DNA of 64,000 nt from a virus (Duplodnaviria > Heunggongvirae > Uroviricota > Caudoviricetes): IMG/VR virus record IMGVR_UViG_3300042934_000212; one strand, 5' to 3'. Below, one piece after another: positions 10,465 through 21,816 of the stretch; the stretch's first letter is position 1; each line of letters starts with the position of its first letter. The position numbers were made by a program, and so were the translations under genes. The notes beneath the pieces were generated by a model. It did no database searches and was not told where the DNA came from. It saw nothing but the letters and a program-made list of their open reading frames with translations.

Positions 10465-10756
10465 CTTTATCTTCTAATTTTGATAGTAAGTCTTTAATAC
10501 TTTCGTCTTCTAATGAAAAGCTAGTTTCAAGAGCCGCTAAAATAACGGCTGCTGATTTAATCAATGATGAACGAAACTCATCAAACGATATATGCTTATC
10601 TGGTCTAGAAGCACTTTCAAATAAGTAGTATCCTGCTAGACCTGTCCAATCATTTTTCGTTTTAAGATGGTCTGCTAAAGTATTTGGGTTGCTCATTTGA
10701 CGTAAGCGTTCTTCGATAATTAAAGAAATTATCTCATCCCTAGATACTTTTGGCAT
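10454..10756 (-). CDS. Small helical protein, possibly MazG-like pyrophosphatase fold
   Basis: EERLRQ..DW..LIKSAAVILAALE pattern. Confidence 0.4.
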   Translation of the reverse strand: MPKVSRDEIISLIIEERLRQMSNPNTLADHLKTKNDWTGLAGYYLFESASRPDKHISFDEFRSSLIKSAAVILAALETSFSLEDESIKDLLSKLEDKDAT

Positions 10757-11410
10757 TTATTCACCTTTTCGTTCTTTTAGAACTTTCTTGACTAGTTCAA
10801 CTGCTTTAGTTTGTGAAATACCTTCAGGTAGTTCAACGAAAACAGAAGTAGTATCGCTTGATGCTGCTGGTAGTGTACCTTCATATGGGCGAAGACTTGG
10901 ATCTAGGCTATATGCACGGTCACGGTTTTCACGAGCTAATTGCTCATATTTGTCAGCTTCTTCAAGTAGACGACCTACGATTGAGTTCTGTTCTGGATAT
11001 TGATTAGCAGATTGCTCATAAGGATTGAATGACTTAACAGTACCGTCCTGAACAACCGAAGATTGATTGATTTCTTCGTTTAGAACATTAAGTGGGATTT
11101 TGTTATTTCCACCAACATGCATATCAACATCTAATGTGTTTTGTTTACGGATATAACCCATGCGGTGTAATACAGATAGCATATTACTACCTTCTAGAGT
11201 TCCGATTTTGTCCATTACATCCCATAGTTCGATAGAACTTTGACCGCGACCTAGAACTAGTTCAGCTACACGGTTAGAATAAACTTCCGGTAGTGAATCG
11301 CGATAAATCACCAAGCAATGCAATGGATCATTTTCAAGCTGACGCCATACTACGAAGACACGAGAGCCAGTACTGCGAATAACACCGCAGTGGCGAGTAA
11401 TTCCGCTCAT
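10757..11410 (-). CDS. Conserved T4-superfamily hypothetical protein
   Basis: Start reassigned to MSGITRHCGV (GGAG SD upstream); RVFVVWRQLENDPLHCLVI motif. Confidence 0.6.
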   Translation of the reverse strand: MSGITRHCGVIRSTGSRVFVVWRQLENDPLHCLVIYRDSLPEVYSNRVAELVLGRGQSSIELWDVMDKIGTLEGSNMLSVLHRMGYIRKQNTLDVDMHVGGNNKIPLNVLNEEINQSSVVQDGTVKSFNPYEQSANQYPEQNSIVGRLLEEADKYEQLARENRDRAYSLDPSLRPYEGTLPAASSDTTSVFVELPEGISQTKAVELVKKVLKERKGE

Positions 11411-11411
11411 A

Positions 11412-11636
11412 TTACTCTCCTTGTTCTGCTGAGTCAGCAGCTTTTTGTGCAGCTTCTTGTTCAGCAAGAATTGCAGCAGAGAAATCCTGGAAACGAGAAA
11501 CGATTGGTGCAACTTCAGCTAGTTCTTTGACGTTAAAGATACCGCGTTCAATAGCTGCTTCCATGATTTTAGTTGCATTGACAATATCAATGTATTCTAG
11601 CTGTGGTCCAGCAACTTCGTTATTTTGTTCACTCAT
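11412..11636 (-). CDS. Small acidic hypothetical protein
   Basis: MSEQ start with GGAG SD; first gene after the TGAAAC promoter. Confidence 0.65.
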   Translation of the reverse strand: MSEQNNEVAGPQLEYIDIVNATKIMEAAIERGIFNVKELAEVAPIVSRFQDFSAAILAEQEAAQKAADSAEQGE

Positions 11637-11671
11637 TATATACACTCCATGTATTTTTAATAATTATCTAT

Positions 11672-11700
11672 ATTATACCACAAAATTGTAGTACGTTTCA
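11672..11700 (-). promoter_or_regulatory. TGAAAC-N17-TATAAT promoter
   Basis: Minus strand TGAAAC gtactacaattttgtgg TATAAT. Confidence 0.8.
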
Positions 11701-11731
11701 AAAAAATAAGGCCGTCATCCATAACGACCTC
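11701..11731 (-). terminator. Intrinsic terminator after the VWA gene
   Basis: Minus strand AGGTCGT..ACGGCCT stem (with G-U) followed by TATTTTTTT. Confidence 0.7.
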
Positions 11732-11741
11732 CTATTTATGT

Positions 11742-13091
11742 TTATCGATTTTCCGCTTCGTATTCGTAATGAACAGTAACGCCGAATGGTGATTCTTTGC
11801 GTGGATTAGAGTGTACAATAAACAATGTATCACAATAATCAGGATCGCCCCATGAACCCCACGGTTCACCATCAGTAAACATAACTAACTGCTTAGGACA
11901 GTAATTCTGTTCTTTCATGAAATCCCAAACTGCCGTGAATAAAGTACCACCACCGCCTTTTACTGGATATGAAAGAATTTGTTGTTCTTGACCATTAGTA
12001 TAATCATGTACTTCATAAACATCCGTATCAAAGGTTAGAACCCTAATCTTAAATTGAGAGAACTGTTTAGTAATTCCGTATACTTCAGATAAAAAGTCTT
12101 TTAGCATCTCAGTACTAATACTTCCAGAAGCATCTAATGCAACGCAAATATCAATATCTTGATCTGGTTTTAGACCTGGGAATATTGGATAACCAAACCC
12201 AATTCCATTAGCCCACGAACGACGAGATGGCATCATATAACTAGTATCATTCTTAATTAGTGAACGAATAGTACGGTTTAGTTTAGAACGCCAATCAATT
12301 TTAGGTTCCTTGAACTCATCAATCATTGCACGGATTTCAGGTGGTGCACCTTTTGCCATTGCAGCGTTAATCATGGCATCTTTAAATGATTCCATAAATG
12401 ATTCCAATTCTTCTTCTGAGAAGTTAGGAAGATCATCGTATTCTTCATCAGAATCTTCAGGGTTATCGGATTGTTGTGGAATATCATGCTGGTCTAATGT
12501 ACCACCACCTTTACCACCACTACCGGAACCACCACCGCCATCACCATCTTCTACAAGTTTATTGTAGATTTCTTCTGCTGCCATTCCTTCATATTGTGGA
12601 TCGTACAACCAGGTTGATTGAATCTCACCTAGATTTTTATCACGATTAATAATCTGGTTAATTGCAAAGTCTGCTGCACGGTTCCATTTATTACGATCAC
12701 GAGTTCCTTTACGCAAGAAATGGTTATACGCACAGTGAAGAATTTCATGACATAATGCGGCGATTAGATTCTTTTGTGTTAGTCCATCAAGAGAATTCTT
12801 GATTTGTTCTTCAGTGATAGAATCAATTGCATCACGAAGTTGATCCTCATATTCTTTACGAAGTGCTGGGTTTTCAATACCTGTAATGAACTCTGCATTA
12901 TAATATAGATGCTTACCATCTACAGCTAGGGTTCTGCACCATGTATTGTTTTCAACTAGTTTAAGCTGTGCAGCAAGTACCCCGAAGAATGGACACGTCA
13001 TGACCATTGCAGTACGTGCAACAATAATACGGTCAAGACAATCTTTAGATTTTGCAGCAGAAACTTGATACTTAGGTTTTTTGTTTGACAT
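11742..13091 (-). CDS. Metallopeptidase-like (HExxH) plus VWA domain protein (DUF2201 type)
   Basis: HEILH motif, Gly-rich linker, MIDAS motif DASGS, TDG. Confidence 0.85.
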   Translation of the reverse strand: MSNKKPKYQVSAAKSKDCLDRIIVARTAMVMTCPFFGVLAAQLKLVENNTWCRTLAVDGKHLYYNAEFITGIENPALRKEYEDQLRDAIDSITEEQIKNSLDGLTQKNLIAALCHEILHCAYNHFLRKGTRDRNKWNRAADFAINQIINRDKNLGEIQSTWLYDPQYEGMAAEEIYNKLVEDGDGGGGSGSGGKGGGTLDQHDIPQQSDNPEDSDEEYDDLPNFSEEELESFMESFKDAMINAAMAKGAPPEIRAMIDEFKEPKIDWRSKLNRTIRSLIKNDTSYMMPSRRSWANGIGFGYPIFPGLKPDQDIDICVALDASGSISTEMLKDFLSEVYGITKQFSQFKIRVLTFDTDVYEVHDYTNGQEQQILSYPVKGGGGTLFTAVWDFMKEQNYCPKQLVMFTDGEPWGSWGDPDYCDTLFIVHSNPRKESPFGVTVHYEYEAENR

Positions 13092-13107
13092 AACTTCCTC
13101 AAATCAT

Positions 13108-13128
13108 AAAAGGGGCATAAGCCCCTTT
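13108..13128 (-). terminator. Hairpin terminator
   Basis: AAAGGGGC-ATAA-GCCCCTTT. Confidence 0.7.
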
Positions 13129-13133
13129 ATTAA

Positions 13134-14468
13134 TTACTTCATTGAACGTGCTTTACGTAGTAGCTCACCATAATTTTTAACGAAGTCACGGAATACTGGA
13201 ACTTCACTATAAGTGATGATTACGTTTGCATCAGTAATTGCACGAATAGCATGTACAATTAGTTCTTTTTGAGTTTCAGCAAAGTTGGTATCAATGAAAG
13301 TTAAGAAGTTGGAGCAATATGTACCCCACTGTTCAACTTCCAATTGTCCACGTTGACGGAAATCTGCTAGTTCAATAATTGCTTGGGTAAGACTCAATGT
13401 AATAAAGTAGTTTTTAGAAATTTCTTCTTTATGTTTACCGAAGCTAGTAATTGTCCCACTTAGAATATCACGTACTGATGGTAGGTCTGCCATTTGTTCA
13501 ACATAAGTAGTGTATTCGATGCCTGCACGAGTACCAACGCGGCCTGCAACCATTGCTTTATATACTGGTGAAGAAATATCAGTACTTAGACGATGATCTT
13601 CAATATCAGCAACACGAGTCCATGAACGAGGTGAAGCACCACCTGCATGACTTGTATCTTTTGGACTTAAAGTGTTAAACCATTTTGCACCAGTTTCTTT
13701 GATGAATGCGATAGTGGTTGCATTCACACGATTAGGAATTGCAAAGTTTTCAATCCAATCGTTATAGTCTGGAATCATTTCAACGTGAGTCATGCGGTCA
13801 CGTAGTGGAGTTGCAAGACTAAATGTTACACCACCATCAGTCTCACGGTTACCCGCTGCAAGAACTAGAGCTTTCTTTGGTAGTACTAGTTCACCAACAC
13901 GGCGATCAAGAATTAGCTGATATGATGCTGCCTGTACAATTGGCATTGCCGAGTTGATTTCATCAAAGATGATAACCCCTTCCCAATCTTCAGGTAGTTG
14001 TAAAATCTGTGGAGAAGCCCAAACTACACCAACTTGTTCGGTATATCCTGGATTATCTGCAAGCTCAGATTCCATAATAACGCGACCATCTTTAGCAAAG
14101 TATGCTTTTACTGGAATTGGAATACCACGTAAATCTGATGGTTCAATTTGTGATAGACGGAAATCAATAAAGTTCATGTCTTGATCAAGTAGTAGACTAT
14201 TAAATTTATCATAATCTGCCATTGTGACCATTGGGTCATCTTCGTTTTGTGCACGACGAAATAGTTGGTCTAATTTTTCTTGGCTTTTACTACGGAGAGG
14301 ATACTGTGTATTCGCATATTGTAATGCTAGTGCGGATTTACCGATGCCTGGTGGACCCCAAATCATTAGACTGTCACCAATAGCGTCAGCGACTGCCATT
14401 GCTTCAAGTACTTGGGATGCTTTTAGATCATAGCTTAGGATATTTACAGGGGCTTTTGACTCACTCAT
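13134..14468 (-). CDS. MoxR-like AAA+ ATPase
   Basis: Walker A GPPGIGKS, Walker B IIFDEIN, AAGNR and PLRDRM. Confidence 0.9.
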   Translation of the reverse strand: MSESKAPVNILSYDLKASQVLEAMAVADAIGDSLMIWGPPGIGKSALALQYANTQYPLRSKSQEKLDQLFRRAQNEDDPMVTMADYDKFNSLLLDQDMNFIDFRLSQIEPSDLRGIPIPVKAYFAKDGRVIMESELADNPGYTEQVGVVWASPQILQLPEDWEGVIIFDEINSAMPIVQAASYQLILDRRVGELVLPKKALVLAAGNRETDGGVTFSLATPLRDRMTHVEMIPDYNDWIENFAIPNRVNATTIAFIKETGAKWFNTLSPKDTSHAGGASPRSWTRVADIEDHRLSTDISSPVYKAMVAGRVGTRAGIEYTTYVEQMADLPSVRDILSGTITSFGKHKEEISKNYFITLSLTQAIIELADFRQRGQLEVEQWGTYCSNFLTFIDTNFAETQKELIVHAIRAITDANVIITYSEVPVFRDFVKNYGELLRKARSMK

Positions 14469-14520
14469 ACTTCAATCTTTACCTTTGTTATAATTAAAAA
14501 ATAATCAGATCCATCTGACA

Positions 14521-14549
14521 AAAAGAAAGCACTGAATCATCAGTGCTTT
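14521..14549 (-). terminator. Intrinsic terminator
   Basis: AAAGCACTGA-ATCA-TCAGTGCTTT with an A-run on the plus side. Confidence 0.7.
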
Positions 14550-14579
14550 GTTTTAGATTTCCATCATTTTCTTAGTGCT

Positions 14580-14608
14580 ATTATACCATAAAAAATTTTA
14601 ACGTTTCA
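14580..14608 (-). promoter_or_regulatory. TGAAAC-N17-TATAAT promoter
   Basis: Minus strand TGAAAC gttaaaattttttatgg TATAAT. Confidence 0.8.
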
Positions 14609-14980
14609 TAAAAATGTCGCAAACAGTTTGTTGAAATCATCACTACAAAAAGTAAGCTGTGCTATCACTAAATCGTCTGATAAGTACAAAGTATCTCCAT
14701 CAACATAATATGGAGTGGTGCAAATACGGTCAAGTGAGGTAAAAACGTTCGAAGTTCGGTCATTTCGTTTTAAGGGAATCGCAAGAAACTCATATAACGA
14801 ATTTTCTTCACATATTCTATATCCTAATTTACTCAACCTAAGACCACCACCAGTTCTGTAATTATCAAAAATAGATATTAGAATCATTCTGTCCGAGAAA
14901 TCACAATCAAAATCATGAACTTCTCGGATTGAACCTAATACTTTATATTGAAACTCAGTACTGTTGGTTTTCGGTATCAT
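14606..14980 (-). CDS. Hypothetical protein
   Basis: ORF tightly packed in the operon. Confidence 0.65.
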   Translation of the reverse strand: MIPKTNSTEFQYKVLGSIREVHDFDCDFSDRMILISIFDNYRTGGGLRLSKLGYRICEENSLYEFLAIPLKRNDRTSNVFTSLDRICTTPYYVDGDTLYLSDDLVIAQLTFCSDDFNKLFATFL

Positions 14981-14982
14981 AA

Positions 14983-15375
14983 TTAGATTCCCACAAAACC
15001 TTTTTGTTGTGCATAAGAGTCTGCTTCAGCAGCACCTACTTCATAGTTCTGGACACCATCTTTATCAATATAAGGACCAAAACCTTCAGCACCATATTCT
15101 TCTTCTAGTTCTTCTTCAGAACCCTCAACACTATATTCATCATCAACTTCAGGGGAAGTTAATTCTTTCAAAGAATCAGAAATATTCTTCAAATCTGAAG
15201 TTAATGATTCCAAATCTTCGATTGAACCATCAGCAACTTGTCCTGATAATTCTTTTAGGGAGCCAATAATCTCTTTTAGTAATTCAGGAGCAGAAAGTTC
15301 AGATTCGACCTGAACTTCTTCTTCAGAATCATAAATGTCATCAATGGATTCCATTAGTTTTTTCATGTTACTCAT
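14983..15375 (-). CDS. Acidic hypothetical protein (possible head core/internal protein)
   Basis: Very D/E-rich; MKKLMES start; in the structural operon. Confidence 0.6.
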   Translation of the reverse strand: MSNMKKLMESIDDIYDSEEEVQVESELSAPELLKEIIGSLKELSGQVADGSIEDLESLTSDLKNISDSLKELTSPEVDDEYSVEGSEEELEEEYGAEGFGPYIDKDGVQNYEVGAAEADSYAQQKGFVGI

Positions 15376-16295
15376 TATAGACCTTCCATATACTTTTTAT
15401 ATTGGCTAGAAATAGATTCAAAGATAGAATCAACAGATTCGTCTTCTTCAGATTCGCCAACAAGTGGATTGTCACCTAATGCAGTACCAGGTTGTTTGTC
15501 TTTGTATGCATGACGAGAATTTACAATACCATCATCATCATAGAATTCAGGATCTGGACGATTTTCAGCGTCTTCTTGCATGGTACGTTTCCAATAGAAT
15601 GCATTCCCTTTAGGAACAACGATGAAGTTATCACCTTCAAATCCATTGGTTTTTTCTTGACCGTCCTCAACACACTCAAATTCACTTCTGAATGGACCGA
15701 ATTCTTGTGATTGGTCAGCTTCAGAGGCAACTGAATCTTCGTCTAGTGATAGGTCAGGGAGTAGGCTTTCAGCTACAGATTGGTCAGCGTCATCAACTTC
15801 TTCTTCAGAGTCAGCAATATCTTCTTCAAGTTCTTGACTTTCATGAATACCTGCTAATGAAGACATACGACCCATATCGAACTCGTCATCACCAGCAGAA
15901 TCAAATTCATCTTCTGTTTCAAACTCGTCATCACCGCCATCAAAAGATTGTACATCAGCAGCACCGTCAATGTCAACTGAATCATCGCCAAAATCGGTCA
16001 CAGAGCCAGCTAAATCGCTTACAGCAGAGCCGAGGTCATCAGCTCCAGCATCGCCCAAATCGTCAGCACTAGGTGCTAATTCAGGACTCATGATAGGTTG
16101 GGTTTCATCTTCACCGCCCATGCTATCAAAATTTAATGGAGCAATGGCAGGAACTGAAGTCATTCCACCCATTTGAGGCGAACCACGCTCCGCTTGCCCT
16201 GCTAGGGCAAGCATACGAGAAAGAGTATCAAGATCGCTAGATTCTAAACCTTGTACATCAATACGAACGGATGCCTCATTAATTGTTTTTTTCAT
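15375..16295 (-). CDS. Highly acidic protein (possible prohead core/scaffold-like)
   Basis: D/E-rich with the RMSSLAGIHES motif and several xxE|S/A-type putative prohead protease sites. Confidence 0.55.
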   Translation of the reverse strand: MKKTINEASVRIDVQGLESSDLDTLSRMLALAGQAERGSPQMGGMTSVPAIAPLNFDSMGGEDETQPIMSPELAPSADDLGDAGADDLGSAVSDLAGSVTDFGDDSVDIDGAADVQSFDGGDDEFETEDEFDSAGDDEFDMGRMSSLAGIHESQELEEDIADSEEEVDDADQSVAESLLPDLSLDEDSVASEADQSQEFGPFRSEFECVEDGQEKTNGFEGDNFIVVPKGNAFYWKRTMQEDAENRPDPEFYDDDGIVNSRHAYKDKQPGTALGDNPLVGESEEDESVDSIFESISSQYKKYMEGL

Positions 16296-16315
16296 AATAA
16301 CTAATTCCTTTTATA

Positions 16316-17689
16316 TTAATCTGTAGTATTTAATGAATTTAGAATCTCTGTTGCTTCACGTTGTTTACCAGCTAGAATAATATCTGCTGCTAGTAATGAA
16401 ACTTCATCACCACGACTAAGAAGTACTACAATATTTCTTGCTAATGGAGATGCTTTAATTCTGTCAGCCAAACCTTGTAGTCCAGATTCTTCAGAACCTT
16501 GTGGAGCACCGTTTTGTGCTGGTGGTTGTTGTCTACCCTGATCTGGTTGCGGTTGTGGTCTGTTTTGTTCTGTATCAGAACCTGCACCACCTACATTTAC
16601 TTCAGGAGCCTCATCACTTTGGTCTTGAGTATCAGTATCACCTTGTTCAGCTTTACTAGACATGTCATCTAGTACTTTACGAGAAATATCAGAAGGAAGT
16701 AATTTTCCTGAATCAGAAATAAAACGACCATCACCTACATACTTATATGAAACACCTTTTTTAGACTTCCATTCTGTACCGATTTTAACAGTTTCAGTGG
16801 AGTTATGTTTCACAATAGCTGCTTGTGCTGCACGTTCTAATGGTGCGGCGGCTGATTGGTTGATTGGTTGTTTAGTTTCTGATGAGAACCAACGACCATT
16901 CTTTTTAAAGTACTTCTTACCTTTACCTGAAGTATATACATATCCATCAGGAACAACAGTACCTTTAGCACTATCTGGAGCCGGTGCATCTGAAGAATTA
17001 GATTCTTCACCGTTCTGTGCCATTTCTTGCTTAGCGTAATTTTTAATTCTATCCATATAAGCTTCAGGATATTCATTACCGTTCTGCAAATCTACAAATG
17101 CATCACCAACATAAGTAAGGGTGTTGCCTCTGTACTGAACAGTAGTTCCTACCGGAAAAACTTCATGAGGATTGTTGTTTAGCTTTTTAATATAATCTTT
17201 TGCTTCAGCGTTGAGTTCTTCTAGATTATCATCTTTCTTTATTACTCGGTCACCTTTATGGAACCAAGCACCTTTGCGATAAATGTAGTCACCCATTTTA
17301 AAGTAACTAGGAATCTCAGTACTGTTTTTGTCACCTAATTTTAGGTCAGAAAATTTATTATCTTCTGCTTCAAATAGATTTTTCACACGAGTATTAATAC
17401 TTTCACTAAGAAGATTGCCGTTAATGGTAAAATTCCCACGGCCTACATAGGTATATGCAGTTTTATTAACTTTATATGATTTACCGATTTGTAATTCATT
17501 ACTTGTGTTGTGTTCGTTAATTTGTTGTAGAGCAGACTTATTCATTTTGAAGTTATGTGTGCTTTCTACAATGTTTAAAGTAGAGCAGTTCATCCAAGAA
17601 CCATCAAGGTACATATATTCTGTACCTTTATTTGATGTATAAACATAGTTATTTGGAATTGAAATGTTATTACCGTAGGATTTAAACAT
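16316..17689 (-). CDS. Structural-region protein with ~6 repeated YxSxKGxxYxYxG modules
   Basis: Repeats such as NYVYTSNKGTEYMYLDGSW, GYVYTSGKGKKYFKKNGRW and EWKSKKGVSYKYVGDGRF. Confidence 0.65.
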   Translation of the reverse strand: MFKSYGNNISIPNNYVYTSNKGTEYMYLDGSWMNCSTLNIVESTHNFKMNKSALQQINEHNTSNELQIGKSYKVNKTAYTYVGRGNFTINGNLLSESINTRVKNLFEAEDNKFSDLKLGDKNSTEIPSYFKMGDYIYRKGAWFHKGDRVIKKDDNLEELNAEAKDYIKKLNNNPHEVFPVGTTVQYRGNTLTYVGDAFVDLQNGNEYPEAYMDRIKNYAKQEMAQNGEESNSSDAPAPDSAKGTVVPDGYVYTSGKGKKYFKKNGRWFSSETKQPINQSAAAPLERAAQAAIVKHNSTETVKIGTEWKSKKGVSYKYVGDGRFISDSGKLLPSDISRKVLDDMSSKAEQGDTDTQDQSDEAPEVNVGGAGSDTEQNRPQPQPDQGRQQPPAQNGAPQGSEESGLQGLADRIKASPLARNIVVLLSRGDEVSLLAADIILAGKQREATEILNSLNTTD

Positions 17690-17701
17690 TATCTTCTCCT
17701 A

Positions 17702-18265
17702 TTAAGAAATTAGTCGTAGTAGTTTTTCACGGTCTGCTGGACTTAAACCTGATAACTCACCTTTGAAACTATCATTACCAGCAGCAGGTGCAGGAGATGA
17801 ATCGCCTTGACCTTGTTCCTGACCTTGACCCTGTTCTTGTCCTTGAGCTTGGCCTTGTTCCTGACCTTGTTGTTCAGGTTTATTTTCGTCTTCAGCATAA
17901 TCAGTGTTTAGCTTTTGGACTGCTTTCATTAAAGCTGCACCAACATCTTTAGGAGTAAATGAACGACGTTCGTTATTTCCTAAGAAAGAAACATCTAATT
18001 TGTTACCTTTGAAAAATGCAGAAACATCAGCAAACGAAACTGCTTGTGGGTGTGAACCGTATTTACGTCCAATATAACGCTTAAAATCATTCCACAACTG
18101 GTTTGCCATTTGTCCGGTTTCTTGAGCACCTTGCTCAACTTGACCGGAACCAAAGAAACCTTTTACTTTGCCTTTCGCTGAGTCAATCGCTGATTGGCTA
18201 CGGCTATAAGGACGCTCGTTTAATGGCTCTTGTTGTCCATCAAACATTTCTTCTAAAAGACTCAT
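17702..18265 (-). CDS. Hypothetical structural-region protein with Q/G-rich tail
   Basis: ORF track; QGQEQGQAQGQEQGQGQEQGQG. Confidence 0.65.
   Translation of the reverse strand: MSLLEEMFDGQQEPLNERPYSRSQSAIDSAKGKVKGFFGSGQVEQGAQETGQMANQLWNDFKRYIGRKYGSHPQAVSFADVSAFFKGNKLDVSFLGNNERRSFTPKDVGAALMKAVQKLNTDYAEDENKPEQQGQEQGQAQGQEQGQGQEQGQGDSSPAPAAGNDSFKGELSGLSPADREKLLRLIS
17805..17876. repeat. Degenerate 6/12-nt tandem repeat (CCTTGA/CCTTGT/TCCTGA)
   Basis: Encodes the QG/QE repeats. Confidence 0.7.
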
Positions 18266-18268
18266 CGA

Positions 18269-18814
18269 TTACCCCTTTTTACCAAAGCCAGCAGACATAT
18301 ATTCTGAGTACGGCTTTTTGTCTTTTTTATAACTGTCAATTGCATCTTTTACTGCGGTATCCGCACGACCTTGACCAGCAATTTCCTCAGCATTAACTTC
18401 AGGAACTTCTTTATATTCAGGATCTAGTAAGCGAGGCTCATAATCATCAAATTCAATATCATCTTCAGAATCAGCAATTTCTTCCTGATAAGGTTCTAAG
18501 TTGTTACGAACGTGAAGTAAACCTTCAGACCATTGTAAAAGACTTCCGATTTCAAATAATAGTACTTGTGGTTGAATCCCACGCTTACATTTAAAATCGA
18601 ACATCCAAATTTCACCACAATCTAGATTATAGAAATCAATTGGGTTTGATTGGAAAATGGTTTTCTTTAAAGGACCAACTTCAAAAGCATCATATCGGTC
18701 TGTAAGTCGGGTTACGACTTTATGTAATTCTTCTGTGCTTGGCTCACAAGCAAATTTTACACGATACGAATATTCTGGAGTAAGTTCTGTTAATATTTTT
18801 TGTAATTTATTCAT
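18269..18814 (-). CDS. Hypothetical protein
   Basis: ORF in the structural operon. Confidence 0.65.
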   Translation of the reverse strand: MNKLQKILTELTPEYSYRVKFACEPSTEELHKVVTRLTDRYDAFEVGPLKKTIFQSNPIDFYNLDCGEIWMFDFKCKRGIQPQVLLFEIGSLLQWSEGLLHVRNNLEPYQEEIADSEDDIEFDDYEPRLLDPEYKEVPEVNAEEIAGQGRADTAVKDAIDSYKKDKKPYSEYMSAGFGKKG

Positions 18815-18841
18815 GTTAACTCCGAGTCACAGTAATTTAAT

Positions 18842-19402
18842 TTATTTATTACGTTTCATTGATGCAAGTAGCTCGTTGCGTGATTTTACTGCAACAACCT
18901 TCTCACCTGGAATTGCGTTAGGGTCATTACTGTTTCCTAACGCTACTGGAGTCTTAGATTTCTGATTAAGTTCGATTTCCATCTTATCTTTCTTAATTTG
19001 CATATCAATTAGTTTAATATCAGAGTCGATGACTTTCGAGTGAGCATCAAGTGCAATTTTTAACATTGCGTTTGCTGCGTTAATCATTTCTGATGCGAAT
19101 CGGTCTTCGCAATTGAATGCTCTATCAAAAATATCTTCGAACCGGTCTTCAGCTAACTTAGCCAATCTGTCTAAATGAGTTTTACGATGTGTAATATCGG
19201 GAATATCTTTAAGTTGTTCGCGATATTCTTTTAACTGGTTCATTGAGCGACGAGCTTCTTCAATGTCTTGTCCAGTAATTTCAGTACTTTCATCTTCATC
19301 ATCTGAATATAGGTCACTTGCATCAGCACCATCTAGTAACTTCTGAATATCTTCAGAACTTGCTAGTCCTAGTGCTTCCTCTACACCACGTTTTACTTTC
19401 AT
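18842..19402 (-). CDS. Helical hypothetical protein
   Basis: ORF in the structural operon; coiled-coil character. Confidence 0.65.
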   Translation of the reverse strand: MKVKRGVEEALGLASSEDIQKLLDGADASDLYSDDEDESTEITGQDIEEARRSMNQLKEYREQLKDIPDITHRKTHLDRLAKLAEDRFEDIFDRAFNCEDRFASEMINAANAMLKIALDAHSKVIDSDIKLIDMQIKKDKMEIELNQKSKTPVALGNSNDPNAIPGEKVVAVKSRNELLASMKRNK

Positions 19403-19403
19403 A

Positions 19404-20953
<1,550 letters not shown>

Positions 20954-20962
20954 ATATTATCC

Positions 20963-21736
20963 TTATAAACTTGTATTACCAAAAATCTTATCAACAATAT
21001 CAAGTGCACTATTAGTCTTATCAGATAGCAATGAATTAATTCTGTCTGAGTACATTTCTTCAATCATATCATATTGAACACAGTTATCTGGTTTAATAGT
21101 TAATTTCATTGTTAAGTACTGAGATGAACCATAATCAAGGGAATCCCATGAAATATCGGTAATAATGCAACCATAGCAAACCCAACGGTCTAAAGTACTT
21201 AATGCGTTATAACCTTTACCACCAACGAAATCGTCAATAGCATTTACTAGTCCTGCGTTGTTTGTTACTGCTGTCGCCGCATCAACGGCTGTATCTCTAA
21301 TTAGATTAGTAAGAGAATCATCAGGGTTTGCACCACCAGTAGTTTCAATCATCATTCGGAATTTGTATCCGGCGAATGGTTGTTCTGATTTTGCTGATAT
21401 TCTGCGTTGGAAATCTAATTGTTTTTGAAGTTGGCGTATAATTGCTTTCGCTGCCTGGTTATCTACCGAATCACGAATAGTCAGGGTGATTGGTTTCCAA
21501 TCCCAACGTCCTACATAAGAGGTATTTGTTGCGAACTGATATAATTGGTGAGTTTCGAAAGAAATGCTCGGACGGTCTACTGATTCAACTTCAAGTGCAA
21601 TATGGTCTTTTTCATCTATGTCAATACCAAAATTATAAACGACCACGCGAAACTTGTGTTTCACTTTTGGCTGACTCATTGTTTTGTTTCGACCACTAGG
21701 TAAAGGAACGCCATATTTATCCATCATGCTTGCCAT
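20963..21736 (-). CDS. Tail tube protein paralog
   Basis: N-terminus and core align with 21817..22506 (QPKVKHKFRVV; GRWDWKPITLTIRDSV). Confidence 0.7.
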   Translation of the reverse strand: MASMMDKYGVPLPSGRNKTMSQPKVKHKFRVVVYNFGIDIDEKDHIALEVESVDRPSISFETHQLYQFATNTSYVGRWDWKPITLTIRDSVDNQAAKAIIRQLQKQLDFQRRISAKSEQPFAGYKFRMMIETTGGANPDDSLTNLIRDTAVDAATAVTNNAGLVNAIDDFVGGKGYNALSTLDRWVCYGCIITDISWDSLDYGSSQYLTMKLTIKPDNCVQYDMIEEMYSDRINSLLSDKTNSALDIVDKIFGNTSL

Positions 21737-21772
21737 TACATTTTCCCCTATTTAATATGGTATGTATAATTA

Positions 21773-21778
21773 TATTTA
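21773..21778 (-). promoter_or_regulatory. T4-late-like TAAATA box
   Basis: Minus-strand CTAAATA just after a terminator and upstream of the tube paralog. Confidence 0.55.
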
Positions 21779-21783
21779 GCAAT

Positions 21784-21808
21784 AAAAAAGCCCTGAACAT
21801 GTCAGGGC
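21784..21808 (-). terminator. Intrinsic terminator
   Basis: GCCCTGA-N5-TCAGGGC plus T-run on the minus strand. Confidence 0.8.
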
Positions 21809-21816
21809 GTTTATTT

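Noticed and set aside
11657-11722. GGAGG-preceded 21-aa mini-ORF (MDDGLIF...)
   Set aside because: The SD and ATG lie inside the terminator hairpin of the VWA gene and the ORF runs across the next promoter, so it is better explained as terminator sequence.
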